Notes: generated by a model not told the origin, from the sequence alone. DNA of 63,504 nt, filler included, from Octopus bimaculoides (GCF_001194135.2; 6 parts of 6 records of this genome joined end to end with filler, not necessarily neighbours in it), one strand, 5' to 3'. Counted from the whole stretch's first letter, positions 27,413-39,316 are shown. Made by a program: numbers and translations.

Positions 27413-27595
27413 TCAGGTGCATGGTGTGCCATACGTCAGATGTCAAAGTGATGAGCAATGTAAGCTTCAGTGTTTTGCTCAAGAAAACAACGCACTGTCC
27501 TGTCAAGGAATCGAACCCACGATCTTGCAATTGTGATATCTCACACTTCTTTGCGGTCACTTCAACTTCTGACGTGTGGTACACCATGCACCTGA
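27413..27595. repeat. 183-bp hairpin element: 28-bp inverted arms enclosing a SINE fragment
   Basis: 27413-27440 versus reverse complement of 27568-27595, 26/28 identical. Confidence 0.8.
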
Positions 27596-27599
27596 GGGG

Positions 27600-27785
27600 G
27601 TAATGTTGATTTGATGGAATTATAAAACCGTATTTGTCAGACTCCAGTGGTTAGGCGAGCTGACCAACATTTCCCCTTGATCGAAGGGGGTACTAGTGCA
27701 ACGTGAGACGAAGTGTTTTGCACGAGAACACAACACGCTGCCTGGTGTGGGGATCGAACTAACCACTAGGATATGCGCATTCACA
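27600..27785 (-). mobile_element. Degenerate CORE-type SINE fragment
   Basis: GCAACGTGAGACGAAGTGTTTTGCACGAGAACACAACACG...GGGATCGAAC motif, shared with 39240-39291. Confidence 0.55.
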
Positions 27786-27801
27786 AATTAATACACATTA
27801 T

Positions 27802-28156
27802 AGGTGGCACTCCGTCGCTTACGACGTCGAGGGTTCCAGTTGATCCGTTAAGTTAACGTGCAAGTGGCTGAGCACTCCACAGACACGTGTACCCTTAACG
27901 TAGTTCTCGGGGATATTCAGCGTGACACAGTGTGACAAGGCTGACCCTTTGAATTACAGGCACAACAGAAACAGGGAGTAAGAGAAAGTTGTGGTGAAAG
28001 AGTACAGCAGGGTTCGCCACCATCCCCTGCCGGAGCCTCGTGGAGCTTTAGGTGTTTTCGCTCAATAAACACACACAACGCCCGGTCTGGGAATCGAAAC
28101 CACGGTCCTATGACCGCGAGTCCGCTGCCCTAACCACTGGTCCATTGCGCTTCCAC
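27802..28156 (-). mobile_element. Full-length SINE family 3 with 12-bp TSD
   Basis: tRNA-like head at 28156; TSD AATACACATTAT at 27790-27801 and 28157-28168; reverse complement of 31165-31537. Confidence 0.92.
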
Positions 28157-29608
28157 AATACACATTATGTATAATGGTGTACACATACGCATGTATCGAT
28201 GTACGTCTGCATACAAGTTCATTCACATGTCATTCAGTCTGCTTAATTAATAGTTTTCTCATGTTTTGCGCATGCTCAACCGGATATTGAGCACATGCCA
28301 TCCATAGATTAGCATCACCAAAACAAATTAACAAGAAATATATAAAGTCAGGTGAAAATAGTGTTGTTATCTACGAGATTATCACCATATATTTAAATAC
28401 CTTAATATATTTATCTACCAGTTCATTTGTACATTTTCGATTCTATACTGGAGGCTTACGATTCAGGTAAAAGTTTATATTTACAATTAATCAATAGGTT
28501 ACAGAAATATAGTTACTAAGCCATAAAACTTCCACTGTTAAATCTCAAAGTTTTAAACTACCGATCCATGAGATCGCTACTTTCCTATCAAATTGCACAA
28601 CTGCAGAATGTGTTGACTGGGCTCTTCATGTTCCACACTTAATCAATTTTGGTATGACCCATCGTTTCGTTTGATCCCCGCTGCCTCTTTTCTTCTGTAC
28701 ATCAGTTTTTGTTTGCGAAGTCCAACAACGCCTTCTTTGAGGTAGATAATATAATCCTTCATCCATCTCGCTATCACAGACGATACTCTTTAGCGATAGC
28801 AAGCCCGGCATTTGGTTAGGGAGGAATGCTTCCCTGACGATAGCATATCCCAAAACAGGTACTTAAAGCCAGAAAATATTTCATCCCACATCCCATCAAC
28901 AATTGCTGATCCTCTGCAAAGCTCATGTGAGGCCCACAATAGAATTGTGTTCCTGCATCTGGGAAGACTGATATCCGAAGTTACATCTAGATGCTCGGCA
29001 TTGAGTTTCTAAAGAGCTTACTCCAGCTTCTGACCCACAGACGTAGTCTCTTTTCTTTTTCTACTGCAGTAGCTGCTATTCCTTGAAGCTGGTTGTTCCA
29101 GTACCTCCATTACTGAGACACACTCAATCCACTTGTCTCTCCATCTCTCGTCGTCATAACCTTTGCAAAAGCCATGAATACTGGCGCTTCCAGACATAAC
29201 AAGTAAAAAAAAAATATTACTCTTTAAGTATCCTTTTTATCTTATTCTGTTTCTCTTTTATTTCAGCCTATCAAATGACACTTGCTTAAAATTCTTTTAC
29301 ATCAGATACATCAACCAATGTTTATCATCTGCTAAAGACTAAAAGATGTTACACAGCAGATATAACCCAGATTTTATTAATCTGTGGTGAATTTGAGAAA
29401 ATATTTCTTCCAAACTGAGATTAACAAAAACTTTCTTTCTTCCGGAATATGTAGATGACGATTTTGTAAACTGATTAATCTTGGATAATTTTGTAAAGGT
29501 GTTTACAACCATCAAATATATATATATATATCAATGGAAATATGCCTATAGAAATACTTCCATCACTATAGGAATATATAGAAGAGAAAACAAGAAAAAC
29601 ATATTTTG

Positions 29609-31123
29609 ATGAGGGAACAATTTTACCTAAGGTGTTCGGTGACAAACTTTTTTTTTTTGTTTCCTAAAGACATGCAAAAAGAGATAGGGAAATCATCATA
29701 CCATTGTGATATCTGTAAAAAGTCATTCTCTGAAAAGGGTAACCTTATCATACACAAATATACACATACAGGAGAAAAACCATATCACTGTGAGATCTGT
29801 GAGAAATCGTTCTCTGCTCTTGGTAACTTAACTACTCATAAACACATTCATACAGGAGAGAAACCATATCAGTGTGATATATGTGGTGAATCTTTTTCTA
29901 GAGGAAACACCTTAACTATACACAAACGTACTCATACAGGAGAGAAGCCATATCACTGTGATGTCTGTGGTAAATCATTTTCTCAAAGAGGCCACTTAAT
30001 TCGCCACACACATGTTCACTCAGGAGAGAAACCATATCATTGTGATATCTGTGGTAAATCATTTTCACACGGAAGTACCTTAACTAAACACAAACACATT
30101 CATACAGGAGAGAAACCATTTCCCTGTGATATTTGTGGTAAATCATTCTCAGTATGTAGTTATTTAACTAGCCACAAACGTATACATACAGGAGAAAAAC
30201 CTTATCATTGTGACATCTGTGGTAATTTATTCTCAGCAAGTAGTGACTTATCTAAACACAAACGTATTCATACAGGTGAGAAACCATATCATTGTGATGT
30301 CTGTGGTAAATCATTTTCTCATGGCAATACCTTAACTAGACACAAATATATTCATACAGGTGGAAAGCCATATCACTGTGATATCTGTGATAAATCATTC
30401 TCTACAAGTAGTGACTTAACTTACCACAAACGCATTCATACTGGTGAGAAACCATTTAACTGCGATATCTGTGGATTATCATTTTCTTTAAATCGGGAAT
30501 TAACTCGACATAGAAGTATTCATACAGGAGTGAAACCATATCACTGTGATATTTGTGGTAAGTCATTCTCTGGAACTTGTGACTTAACTCGACACAAAAG
30601 TGTTCATACTGGAGAGAAACCATATCACTGTGATATCTGTGGTAAATCATTCTCTCTAAATGGTGTTTTGACTAGACACAAACGTATTCATACAGGAGAA
30701 AAGCCATATCACTGTGATGTCTGTGGTAAATCATTCTCCGATGGGAATACCTTAACTATACACAAGCGGATTCATTCAGGAGAGAAACCATATCACTGTG
30801 CTGTGTGTGACATATCATTCTCTCAAAATAGTGAATTAACAAGACACAAAAGTATTCATACTGGAGCAAGACCACATCACTGTGATATTTGTGGTAAATC
30901 ATTTTCTGGAAGTAGCAATTTAGCCACTCACAAACGTATTCATACAGGAGAGAAACCATATCACTGTGATATCTGTGGTAAATCATTTTCTGTAAGAAAT
31001 AACCTAACGATACATAAACGTATTCATACAGGTGAGAAACCATACCATTGTGATGTCTGTGGCAAATCTTTCTCTCATAAAGGTCACTTAACTCGACATG
31101 TAGCTATTCATACTGAAGAGTGA
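29609..31123 (+). CDS. ZNF-B: poly-C2H2 zinc-finger protein, 17 tandem fingers, no effector domain
   Basis: Intact ORF with 84-bp periodic [11 protein letters not shown]...H..IHTGEKP units; acceptor at 29266; start is either ATG 29609 or 29672. Confidence 0.95.
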   Translation: MREQFYLRCSVTNFFFLFPKDMQKEIGKSSYHCDICKKSFSEKGNLIIHKYTHTGEKPYHCEICEKSFSALGNLTTHKHIHTGEKPYQCDICGESFSRGNTLTIHKRTHTGEKPYHCDVCGKSFSQRGHLIRHTHVHSGEKPYHCDICGKSFSHGSTLTKHKHIHTGEKPFPCDICGKSFSVCSYLTSHKRIHTGEKPYHCDICGNLFSASSDLSKHKRIHTGEKPYHCDVCGKSFSHGNTLTRHKYIHTGGKPYHCDICDKSFSTSSDLTYHKRIHTGEKPFNCDICGLSFSLNRELTRHRSIHTGVKPYHCDICGKSFSGTCDLTRHKSVHTGEKPYHCDICGKSFSLNGVLTRHKRIHTGEKPYHCDVCGKSFSDGNTLTIHKRIHSGEKPYHCAVCDISFSQNSELTRHKSIHTGARPHHCDICGKSFSGSSNLATHKRIHTGEKPYHCDICGKSFSVRNNLTIHKRIHTGEKPYHCDVCGKSFSHKGHLTRHVAIHTEE

Positions 31124-31164
31124 CTGTATCGATATCTAATTTAGCACAGCTACACTACTCATCA

Positions 31165-31537
31165 TAGAGGCGCAATGGCCCAGTGGTTAGGGCAGCGGAA
31201 TCGCGGTCATAGGATCGCAGTTTCGATTCCCAGACCAGGCATTGTGAGTGTTTATTGAGCGAAAACACCTAAAGCTCCACAAAGCTCCGGCAGGGGATGG
31301 TGGCGAACCCTGCTGTACTCTTTCACCACAACTTTCAGTCTTACTTCCTGTTTCTGTTGTGCCTGTAATTCAAAGGGTCAGCCTTGTCACGCTGGATATC
31401 CCCGAGAACTACGTTAAGGGTACACGTGTCTGTGGAGTGCTCAGCCACTTGCACGTTAATTTCACAAGCAGGCTGTTCCGTTGATCGGATCAACTGGAAC
31501 CCTCAACATCGTAAGCGACGGAGTGCCAACAACAACA
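31165..31537 (+). mobile_element. Full-length SINE family 3 just downstream of the ZNF-B stop, 13-bp TSD
   Basis: TSD ACACTACTCATCA at 31152-31164 and 31538-31550; (AAC)n tail. Confidence 0.93.
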
Positions 31538-31708
31538 ACACTACTCATCAAATTAAGTTGGGTTTTTTTTTTCTCTCATTAGTACAGTTACTAATTGTGT
31601 GAACGTTGATACTTTCTTATTGGGTAATTTAGAAATATTTATTTATGCTCAGTCTGTGTATCTTAATTGGGTTAAGGTATCAAAGTATCAATATTAATAT
31701 ATTTCTAA

Positions 31709-31930
31709 GGTGATAAGCTGGCAGAATCATTAGCATGCCAGGTGAAACGCTTAGTAGCATTTCAGTCGTCTTTACATTCTGAGTTCAAATTCTACTGGGG
31801 CTGACTTGGCTTTTCATTCTTTCAGAATTAATAAAATAAGTACCAGTCAAGCAAATACCAGCTGAGTTCAATGTAATCGACTTACTGCTTTCCCCAAAAT
31901 TGCTAGCCTTGTGCCAAAATTTGAAATCAA
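31709..31930 (+). mobile_element. Degenerate SINE family 1 copy
   Basis: Head, central domain and GCCTTGTGCCAAAATTTGAAA tail recognisable. Confidence 0.75.
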
Positions 31931-32653
31931 TATATTCCTATAAGGAATGTTAAGCTCATTACATATTTTTTTTTTGTCATTCATAAAACGTTAATCAAAT
32001 TCATTTTCCCAATTTTCTAGATGGCATATCAAGCAATCTCATTAAAATTACTGCTTTACAATATTCATAAAAGACATACTAAGGAGAAAAAGGGTAAAAA
32101 CATTTATTTTCATTAACAAAATTTATGCAGTACACATTACTGTATTGTGTTCACTGTGGCTAGCAAAATTTGTCTGAAGATCATGTCATATAATCAACCA
32201 TTGGAGAAAACCATCCTTTTTAACACACCACAAACGTATCGAGGCAAGAAAGAAGGCATAATAATGTGATAACAACTTGCCATGATTATATTTTATATAA
32301 CCACAGCTACATTGACATTGTTGAAATAACTTACCAATGATATTTTTAATGAAATTGTTTTTCAGAACGTTTACTGATTTTTCTAAAGGGAGAAAAGATA
32401 TAACTGGTTTGTCTGACATTGTGGGTAAATATTTGATGAATAAATGTATTTTCATGTATCACTGATGTTATCAATGTACAGTTATGTAACAAATGAACGC
32501 ATAAACTTTGAAAGAATATGTAAGGTGGGCCAAAAGTCTTGCATGAAACAAGTTCAATACGCTCTGAAACTAAATAAAATAATGATTGATATACATGTGC
32601 TTGTACATGGTGAACGAAATGAGTAGTATTAGTAGTAATAGTAGTAGTAGCCC

Positions 32654-32797
32654 TTTCTACTATAGGCACAAGGCCTGAAATGTGTATGTGTGTGTAGGGG
32701 GTGCCAGTTGATTACATTGACCCCCAGTGTTCAACTGGTACTTATTTCATCAACCCTGAAGGGATGAAAGGTAAAGTCAACCTCGGTGGAATTTGAG
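32654..32797 (-). mobile_element. 5'-truncated SINE family 1 copy
   Basis: Reverse complement of central domain and tail. Confidence 0.75.
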
Positions 32798-33172
32798 TGA
32801 TAATGATAATAATAATTATAAAATAATGTAATATAAATAAAATGTTGAATGTTTTGGTGCATGACTTTTAGCCCACCATGTATGTATGTGTGTGTGTGTG
32901 TATGTATATTATATTATAGTATGAATTGATTATATTAATATTTATTTATGTAATATATTTCCCATGTTGCATTTTAACTGGTCATATCAGGCTCAAATAT
33001 TCTTTGGGTTCATATTCAAACTGGCCAGATCCAACCTTTCACATCTACACTACAATATCATTCTAAAAATACAGTCACATCATTGAAATCTCAAAGCTAT
33101 GAGACAATGCATGAGTAATTAAAAATAAAGTGAATATATAAACATTACATTTGACTGGGTTATGCTAAATAC

Positions 33173-33325
33173 TCTTTTACTTGTTTCAGTCTTTTGACGG
33201 TGACCGTGCTGGAGCACCACCTTTAGTCAAGCAAATCGACCCCGGGACTTATTCTTTGTAAGCCTAGTACTTATTCTATCGGTCTCTTTTGCCGAACCGC
33301 TAAGTGGCAGGGACATAAACACACC
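33173..33325 (-). mobile_element. 3' half of SINE family 2 (CORE-like)
   Basis: Reverse complement of 57440-57600. Confidence 0.8.
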
Positions 33326-33899
33326 ATGATGTGATTGTTTATTCTTAGAACAACATTGTAGGGTATACGTGAGAGGCTGCACATGGCCAGTTTCAATGTT
33401 AAAAGGGGCTCAATGACTACTTTGCATATTGATTTGAATTGAACATGTTTTCCATACAAGATGTCACCATAGATTCTTAATCTTTTCTCATTCTCAACTT
33501 TGTAAATATTGTTAATAAACTGAAGTTTAATAAATCTGATTTATTCTCGAATTATTCTATTATTATTTTAAATGTAAAAAATTTTGCTCAAAATTGTGCT
33601 GACTCATCCATCAACTGTAGATGTCATAGATTTAGTCTATGTGCAGTAATAGTTACATATTTCTCTAAACTGATTTTATTTAACTGTTTACTTTGAAACC
33701 GTGTTATTCATTAGTTTCAAATTTTGGCACAATGCCAGAAATTCCGAGGAGGAGTAAGTCAATTACATCAACCCCAGCGATCAATTGGTACTTACCAAGG
33801 TGCTGTACAGAGGGACTGAACCTGTAACCAATTGATTGTAAAGTGAGCTTCTTAACCACACAGTCATGCTTACACTTTTTGCGTATAGACAAGGACAGC

Positions 33900-34405
33900 T
33901 GTGTAAAGGAGTGCCAGTCTCTAACTGTGGAACCCAGGAAGATATGGAACGAGTTGGTGAAGTATGGTCTCCAAACGTTGGGCCTCACAGGGGCAATGAC
34001 AAGTTACCAAGACCTTTGACGATATGCTGTACTTGAGAAGACTTGTCAAGCCAAGTGAAATCATAGTTGTGGATAATGCTAATGTCAAGTAACAGGCACA
34101 TAAAAAGCACCCTTCAAACGTTGGGCCTCACAGACGTGATAAATTACTGAGACCTTTGGCCATATACCGTGCTTGAGAAGACACATCAAGCCAAGTGAAA
34201 TCACAGTTGTGGCTGATACCAGTCATGTAACTGGCACCCGTACCAGTGGCGCATAAAAAGCACCCATTACACTCTTGGACTGGTTAGCATTAAGAAGGGC
34301 ATCCAACTGTAGAAACCATGCCAAATCAGATTGGAACCTGCTGCAGCTTAACAGTTTCAGTCAAACCGTCTAACCCATGCCAGCATGGAATTTGCAGATG
34401 TAGAA
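33900..34405 (+). mobile_element. RTE-LINE-like 3' end with an internal 143-bp tandem duplication
   Basis: CAAACGTTGGGCCTCACAG...AAAAAGCACCC repeated at 33972 and 34115; distal part matches 39725-39928. Confidence 0.65.
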
Positions 34406-35370
34406 GAGACGCCACCTTTATCCTTTCTAGTCGGCACCGTGCATTCCTTACTCTTTCACTCTCTACTGATAGACGAACTTTTTCTACACTATCAACTACT
34501 AATCAGCAATCCAACCTTGTCACTATCACTAGAACTGCTACCGTCTCTTTAACTACTTGTCGGGCAAACGAATAAACATACGTAAATAATATTTCTTCCT
34601 TCTTCGTGTTGATTCTTCGATGTTCTCTGGTTACACCGACGCGAGAACCTTGAAGCGTTACATCTATACGCTATGTTACGTAGTGGGCTACATCATATCG
34701 ACCTGATATGGCACAGCACATCCAGCCTGCTACACATGCACAAAACGAAATGTTCGTACAGAAGATTTTCTTTTTATTCCTAATAAATAGGACACATAGA
34801 GGGGACAGACAAAAACATATATGTGGTCCTCAACCTTTTACGAGTGATCTATCGAATGGGTAATTAATGGATGCTTTAATGAATATAAAAATATATATAC
34901 ATATAAAAATGTCCGTACAGAGGATGCTGGACGGTGATGTTGGTCACATTTTAATAGTGGTCCTCAAATTTACAAATACCAGTCCCATGTCGCCACATTC
35001 TAAAATATTTGGCCCCGTCTTCTTTATTAATTAGTTAACTAAGCAAACTTTACCTCCGTTTAATTCATTTCTCTTTGTCATGGCGTTGGATTAGCTTAAA
35101 ATTTAAAACAGTCGTAATTTTATTATTAAGTATTAGCACGTTATCTACCAACTTCGCAATCTTTAGCATCCCCTCTCAAGAAACACTTTGTTAATATGTA
35201 GACACATATTTCATACCGAAACAGCAAGTTATAAGGTCACTGCCTCGTAGTGACAAGATACGAATCTACGGCTGAAGAAGTTAGTTATCTACATGAACAT
35301 TGGGTGCAGAACAAAGTTGAGGAAACATTTTTTAAACTTCATTCTAACACCGAGTTATTTATTTTAACAG

Positions 35371-35412
35371 TTTGGAGGGAAATACGATAATCACTGTTTG
35401 CATCTGAAAACG
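35371..35412 (+). other. Candidate 42-bp non-coding exon of ZNF-C
   Basis: Acceptor TTATTTTAACAG at 35370; donor GTAAGTTGGC at 35413 (same 10-mer as the ZNF-A candidate donor); upstream GAAGAA|GTTAGT at 35280 mirrors ZNF-A GAAGAA|GTAAGT. Confidence 0.35.
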
Positions 35413-35659
35413 GTAAGTTGGCCAAAGTTTACTTTAAGGCTGTAATAATGTATGTATATAAGAGAATTATGGATATAATACAGAATGTGCGCCTCCTCCG
35501 CCCCGAGCTTGCTTCCCGTAACTTAGTTTAAAAGGCATATTTCTTTAGGGAAATGTTTTTGTGCGATGTTTTAGAGTTCGATTATCTTGATGAAATTTGA
35601 GAAAAAGAGACCTAACTGTAATTCTACTCCTTCGGAAATGTATCAAGGGAAGTTCATTC

Positions 35660-36028
35660 GGTAATCTTCCAGTTTCGAGAGGTAAAAGAAATAAATAAAA
35701 ATATTCAAGGAAAATAACTGAACGACTTATTATCCGTACTACTTTTTTTCGAAAACAGCATGCGACGGAATTTTTTTTTATAAAAGTTTAAAATGTGTTT
35801 TTCTTTTTACAAACAGCATGCGACGGAATTTTTTTTAATAAAAGGTTAGGGTTAGATGTTGTGCAGCCGGTCTTCCATGAGGCATTTTCGATTTCTCTTA
35901 AGAAACTATGATAGTCAATCACGTGATTTATTTATAAATAAAGTAGTACGGATAATACTGGTAAGACGTTCAGTTATTTCCCTTGTATTTTATTTACTTT
36001 TTTAACCTCTCGAAACTGGAAGATTACC
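35660..36028. mobile_element. Foldback/MITE element with ~87-bp inverted arms and an internal direct repeat
   Basis: 35660-35745 is the reverse complement of 35940-36028; AAACAGCATGCGACGGAATTTTTTTT repeated at 35753 and 35811. Confidence 0.8.
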
Positions 36029-37080
36029 TGTTAGAATTATATTTCTAGTTTAATGAAATGAATTTACAGCTGCTATAAAATCAATTACGTAAATTGATTA
36101 AAACGATGGCTGTTATATGTACATTAGTTTCAAAGCTGTTTGTTCGAATGATATTTTGATATGTGGAAACTTACCAGTTTTCTAGTTTTTCTGCACTCAG
36201 GAGAAAAACAAAAATACATTATGATGACATTCAGGTCTATTCTCATTATTTTGAGGCCTCGAGACATTTTGAAGTGTTGAGGAAAGAGAGGTACAAGCCA
36301 GCGAAGATTTGATGCTCAAATATATAAAAACAGTTATAATTATTTCTTGTTGTGGTACCAAATTACAAATTTTTATCCTGGATTATGAGCTGTTATGAGT
36401 TTCCATTCTGATATGTGGTTGAAATTGGGTCTTGTTTCGTTATGAACTCTTTAACGAAAACACAAATTGCTCATCACACAAGTCCCATCCTTCACAGAAA
36501 ATTTTAGACACGTTTGTACATTTATATTTTTGGTTATGCAGTAAATGCCTAACTGAAAAAAAAAATTTTTTATGACAAATTAAAGAGTAAAGTTCAATTG
36601 TTGAGTTAAAGATTTAAGTGGTTCTGCTAAATAATGCAGTAAAATATCAGTTGTTGAATATCTGCTTTGTAAATATTGTTCTTAATCTTATATTGTTTCT
36701 TTCTCTATTTCAGAATATTCAGATAGCATTAGCATAATGAAATTTAAAATGCATCAAGAACATTTAAGAACTTTTGAAGACTAAAGGAAGATGTTATAGA
36801 GAACTGATAAAAGCTTGCTTATATAAATCTTCATTGAATTGCTGTCTGAAGTTTGAATGGAATAGATTTGTGCCATTAAATTAGATTTGGACAATTTTAT
36901 AAAGGTATTTGCTGCATCTTTGAACATCAACAAAGATCACTGTGGTTGGAAATATCGAAGGAGATATATTTATTAAGAACAAAATATTAAGACAAAAAAA
37001 AAAAAGGAAAATTATGTGGAAGAGAAGAATTATTAAGAAAAATTCTAAGAAGCAGATTAAATATATAACAGTCTAAAACT

Positions 37081-38697
37081 ATGGATTCTGCTGATAAGAT
37101 GACACATAAAGACATAGGAAAATTATTACAGCCCTGTGGTGATAAATCATTTTCCCAAAGAGTTAACTTCGCTGCTCACAAAGATATTAATGTAAGCAAG
37201 ACACTATATCACTGTGATGTCCGTGATGAAACATTCTCTCAGACGGATCATTTGATTAATCACAAAGGTATCCAGACAGGTGATAAGCTATATCATTGTA
37301 ATATCTGTGATAAATCGTACTCTAAAAAAAGTACATTAAATAAACACAAGTATATTCATACAAGAGAAAAACCGTATCACTGTGATGTTTGTGGTAAATC
37401 ATTTTCTGAAGGCGGTAATTTAAATAAACATAAATACATCCATACAGGAGAGAAGCCTTATCACTGTGATATATGTGGCAAATCGTTCTCGGAAATGGGT
37501 AATTTGACTAAGCACAAATACATTCATACAGGAGAAAAACCCTATCACTGTGATATCTGTGGAAAATCATTCTTTCAAAAAGTTCACTTAACTACTCACA
37601 AACGTATACACACAGGAGAGAAACCATACCACTGTGAGATCTGTGGTAAATCATTCACTGAAGTGAGCACCTTAACTAGGCACAAGCGTATTCATACTGG
37701 AGAAAGACCATATCACTGTGATATCTGTGGTAAATCATTCTCTCAAACAATTCAATTAATGATACACAACAGATGTAGTCATGCTGGTGAGAAGTGCAAT
37801 CTTAAAAAAGAGAAGGCATATTGCTGTAATATCTGCAGTAAATCTTTCTCGATAAAAAGTAATTTAACGGCTCACAAACGCATTCATACAGGAGAGAAAC
37901 CATACCAGTGTGATATCTGTGGTACATCATTATCTCAAACAGGTCACTTAACTACTCACAAACACGCGCATACAGGAGAGAAACGATATCATTGTGATAC
38001 CTGTGGTAAATCATTCTCTGCAAAAAGTAAGTTAAATGAACATAGACATATCCATACAGGAGAGAAACCATATCATTGTGATATCTGTGGTAAATCATTC
38101 TCTCAAACAGGTCACTTAACTACTCACAAACACACACACACTGGAGAGAAACCATATCATTGTGATATCTGTGGTAAATCATTTTCTCAAACATCGCATT
38201 TAACTATTCATAAACGTATGCATTCAGGTGAGAAACCTTATCAGTGTGATATCTGTGGTAAATCATTCTTCCAAAATAGTGATGTAACTAAGCACAAATA
38301 CATTCACACAGGAGAAAAACCATATCGATGTAATATCTGTGGTGAATCATTCACTAGATATAGTACCTTAACTACTCACAAATACAGTCATACAGGAGAG
38401 AGACCTTATCACTGTGATATCTGTGGTAAATCATTTTCTCAAAACAGTGCTTTGACTAAACACAAATATGTTCATTCCAGAGAGAAACCATATCACTGTG
38501 ATATCTGTGGGAAATCATTTTCTCAAAGTGGTGCTTTGTCTAAACACAAGCGTATTCATTCCAGAGACGAACCATATCACATTAATATGTGTGGCAAATC
38601 ATTCTCTGTAGCAAATGACTCCTGTCTGTATAAAGATACACTTCCTGAATTACTCCAATCGGCATTCCAGAAGCCTGAAGGAGTTGAGGTCCCATAA
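37081..38697 (+). CDS. ZNF-C: poly-C2H2 zinc-finger protein, 15 intact fingers plus degenerate fingers at both ends
   Basis: 538-aa ORF; acceptor TCTCTATTTCAG at 36713. Confidence 0.95.
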   Translation: MDSADKMTHKDIGKLLQPCGDKSFSQRVNFAAHKDINVSKTLYHCDVRDETFSQTDHLINHKGIQTGDKLYHCNICDKSYSKKSTLNKHKYIHTREKPYHCDVCGKSFSEGGNLNKHKYIHTGEKPYHCDICGKSFSEMGNLTKHKYIHTGEKPYHCDICGKSFFQKVHLTTHKRIHTGEKPYHCEICGKSFTEVSTLTRHKRIHTGERPYHCDICGKSFSQTIQLMIHNRCSHAGEKCNLKKEKAYCCNICSKSFSIKSNLTAHKRIHTGEKPYQCDICGTSLSQTGHLTTHKHAHTGEKRYHCDTCGKSFSAKSKLNEHRHIHTGEKPYHCDICGKSFSQTGHLTTHKHTHTGEKPYHCDICGKSFSQTSHLTIHKRMHSGEKPYQCDICGKSFFQNSDVTKHKYIHTGEKPYRCNICGESFTRYSTLTTHKYSHTGERPYHCDICGKSFSQNSALTKHKYVHSREKPYHCDICGKSFSQSGALSKHKRIHSRDEPYHINMCGKSFSVANDSCLYKDTLPELLQSAFQKPEGVEVP

Positions 38698-39041
38698 CAG
38701 GCCTGTGAAACTTGAAGTAGCATGGGACCAAATCAAACAGTTTTAAATAATACATGTAATTCCTACTGTGTTAAGTGCTTTTTTCTTTTGTTTGTCCACT
38801 CAATCGCATGTGTGTAATATGTATGTATAAATAATATATGAGTATATGCATATATATGTACATACCTTCATCTACATGTATATATAGATGCATATCTGGG
38901 TACATGACATAGCAAAAAAAAACATGGACAAAATGATAAACAAGGTACAGAAAACACAGAGGCTACCACCATTATAACACCTTCTTCAGCTGCCACCATT
39001 ATAACACTGGCGTTTCGAAGAGTTATATATATATATATATG

Positions 39042-39291
39042 ATAAAAGGTAAAGCCCTCCTTCAGTCATGACTGACCACGGGATGCACCTAGAAAGTTCC
39101 CCTCTAGGCACAAGTCTGAGCAAGTTTATTTGTGGAGGACCAGTAGTTGCCCATGCATACCAGTGTCCCCTCTCTACATCACCAATGTTATCCAAGGGAA
39201 AAGCAAAGACTGATTCAGCTTAGCACCAGTGATGTTGCAGCTCATTTCTACAGCTGATTGAGCTGAAGCAACACGAAATAGAGTCTTGCTC
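39042..39291 (-). mobile_element. CORE-type SINE, 3' part (AAAGGTAAAG tail on the + strand)
   Basis: CAGCTGATTGAGCTGAAGCAACACGAAATAGAGTCTTGCTC core-like segment. Confidence 0.65.
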
Positions 39292-39316
39292 GTATATATA
39301 TATATATATATATATA

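Noticed and set aside
30456-31043. Antisense ORFs with periodic MVSLLYEY motifs (also 45658-45930)
   Set aside because: Shadow frames of the zinc-finger arrays
29700-31120. Regular 84-bp repeats, and the 254-bp array, as possible CRISPR-like arrays
   Set aside because: The 84-bp units are in-frame C2H2 fingers; there is no constant-repeat/unique-spacer pattern and no cas genes
31165-31240. tRNA genes at SINE heads (also 2791, 22179, 28156, 42880, 57059)
   Set aside because: A/B boxes are present but no complete cloverleaf; each runs on into a SINE body
35844-35855. GGTTAGGGTTAG as an interstitial telomere
   Set aside because: Only two units, inside a foldback element
38960-39025. GAAA...CUGAAGA on the minus strand as a type II hammerhead
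   Set aside because: No NUH site or stems I/III can be formed; the region contains a local 15-bp duplication
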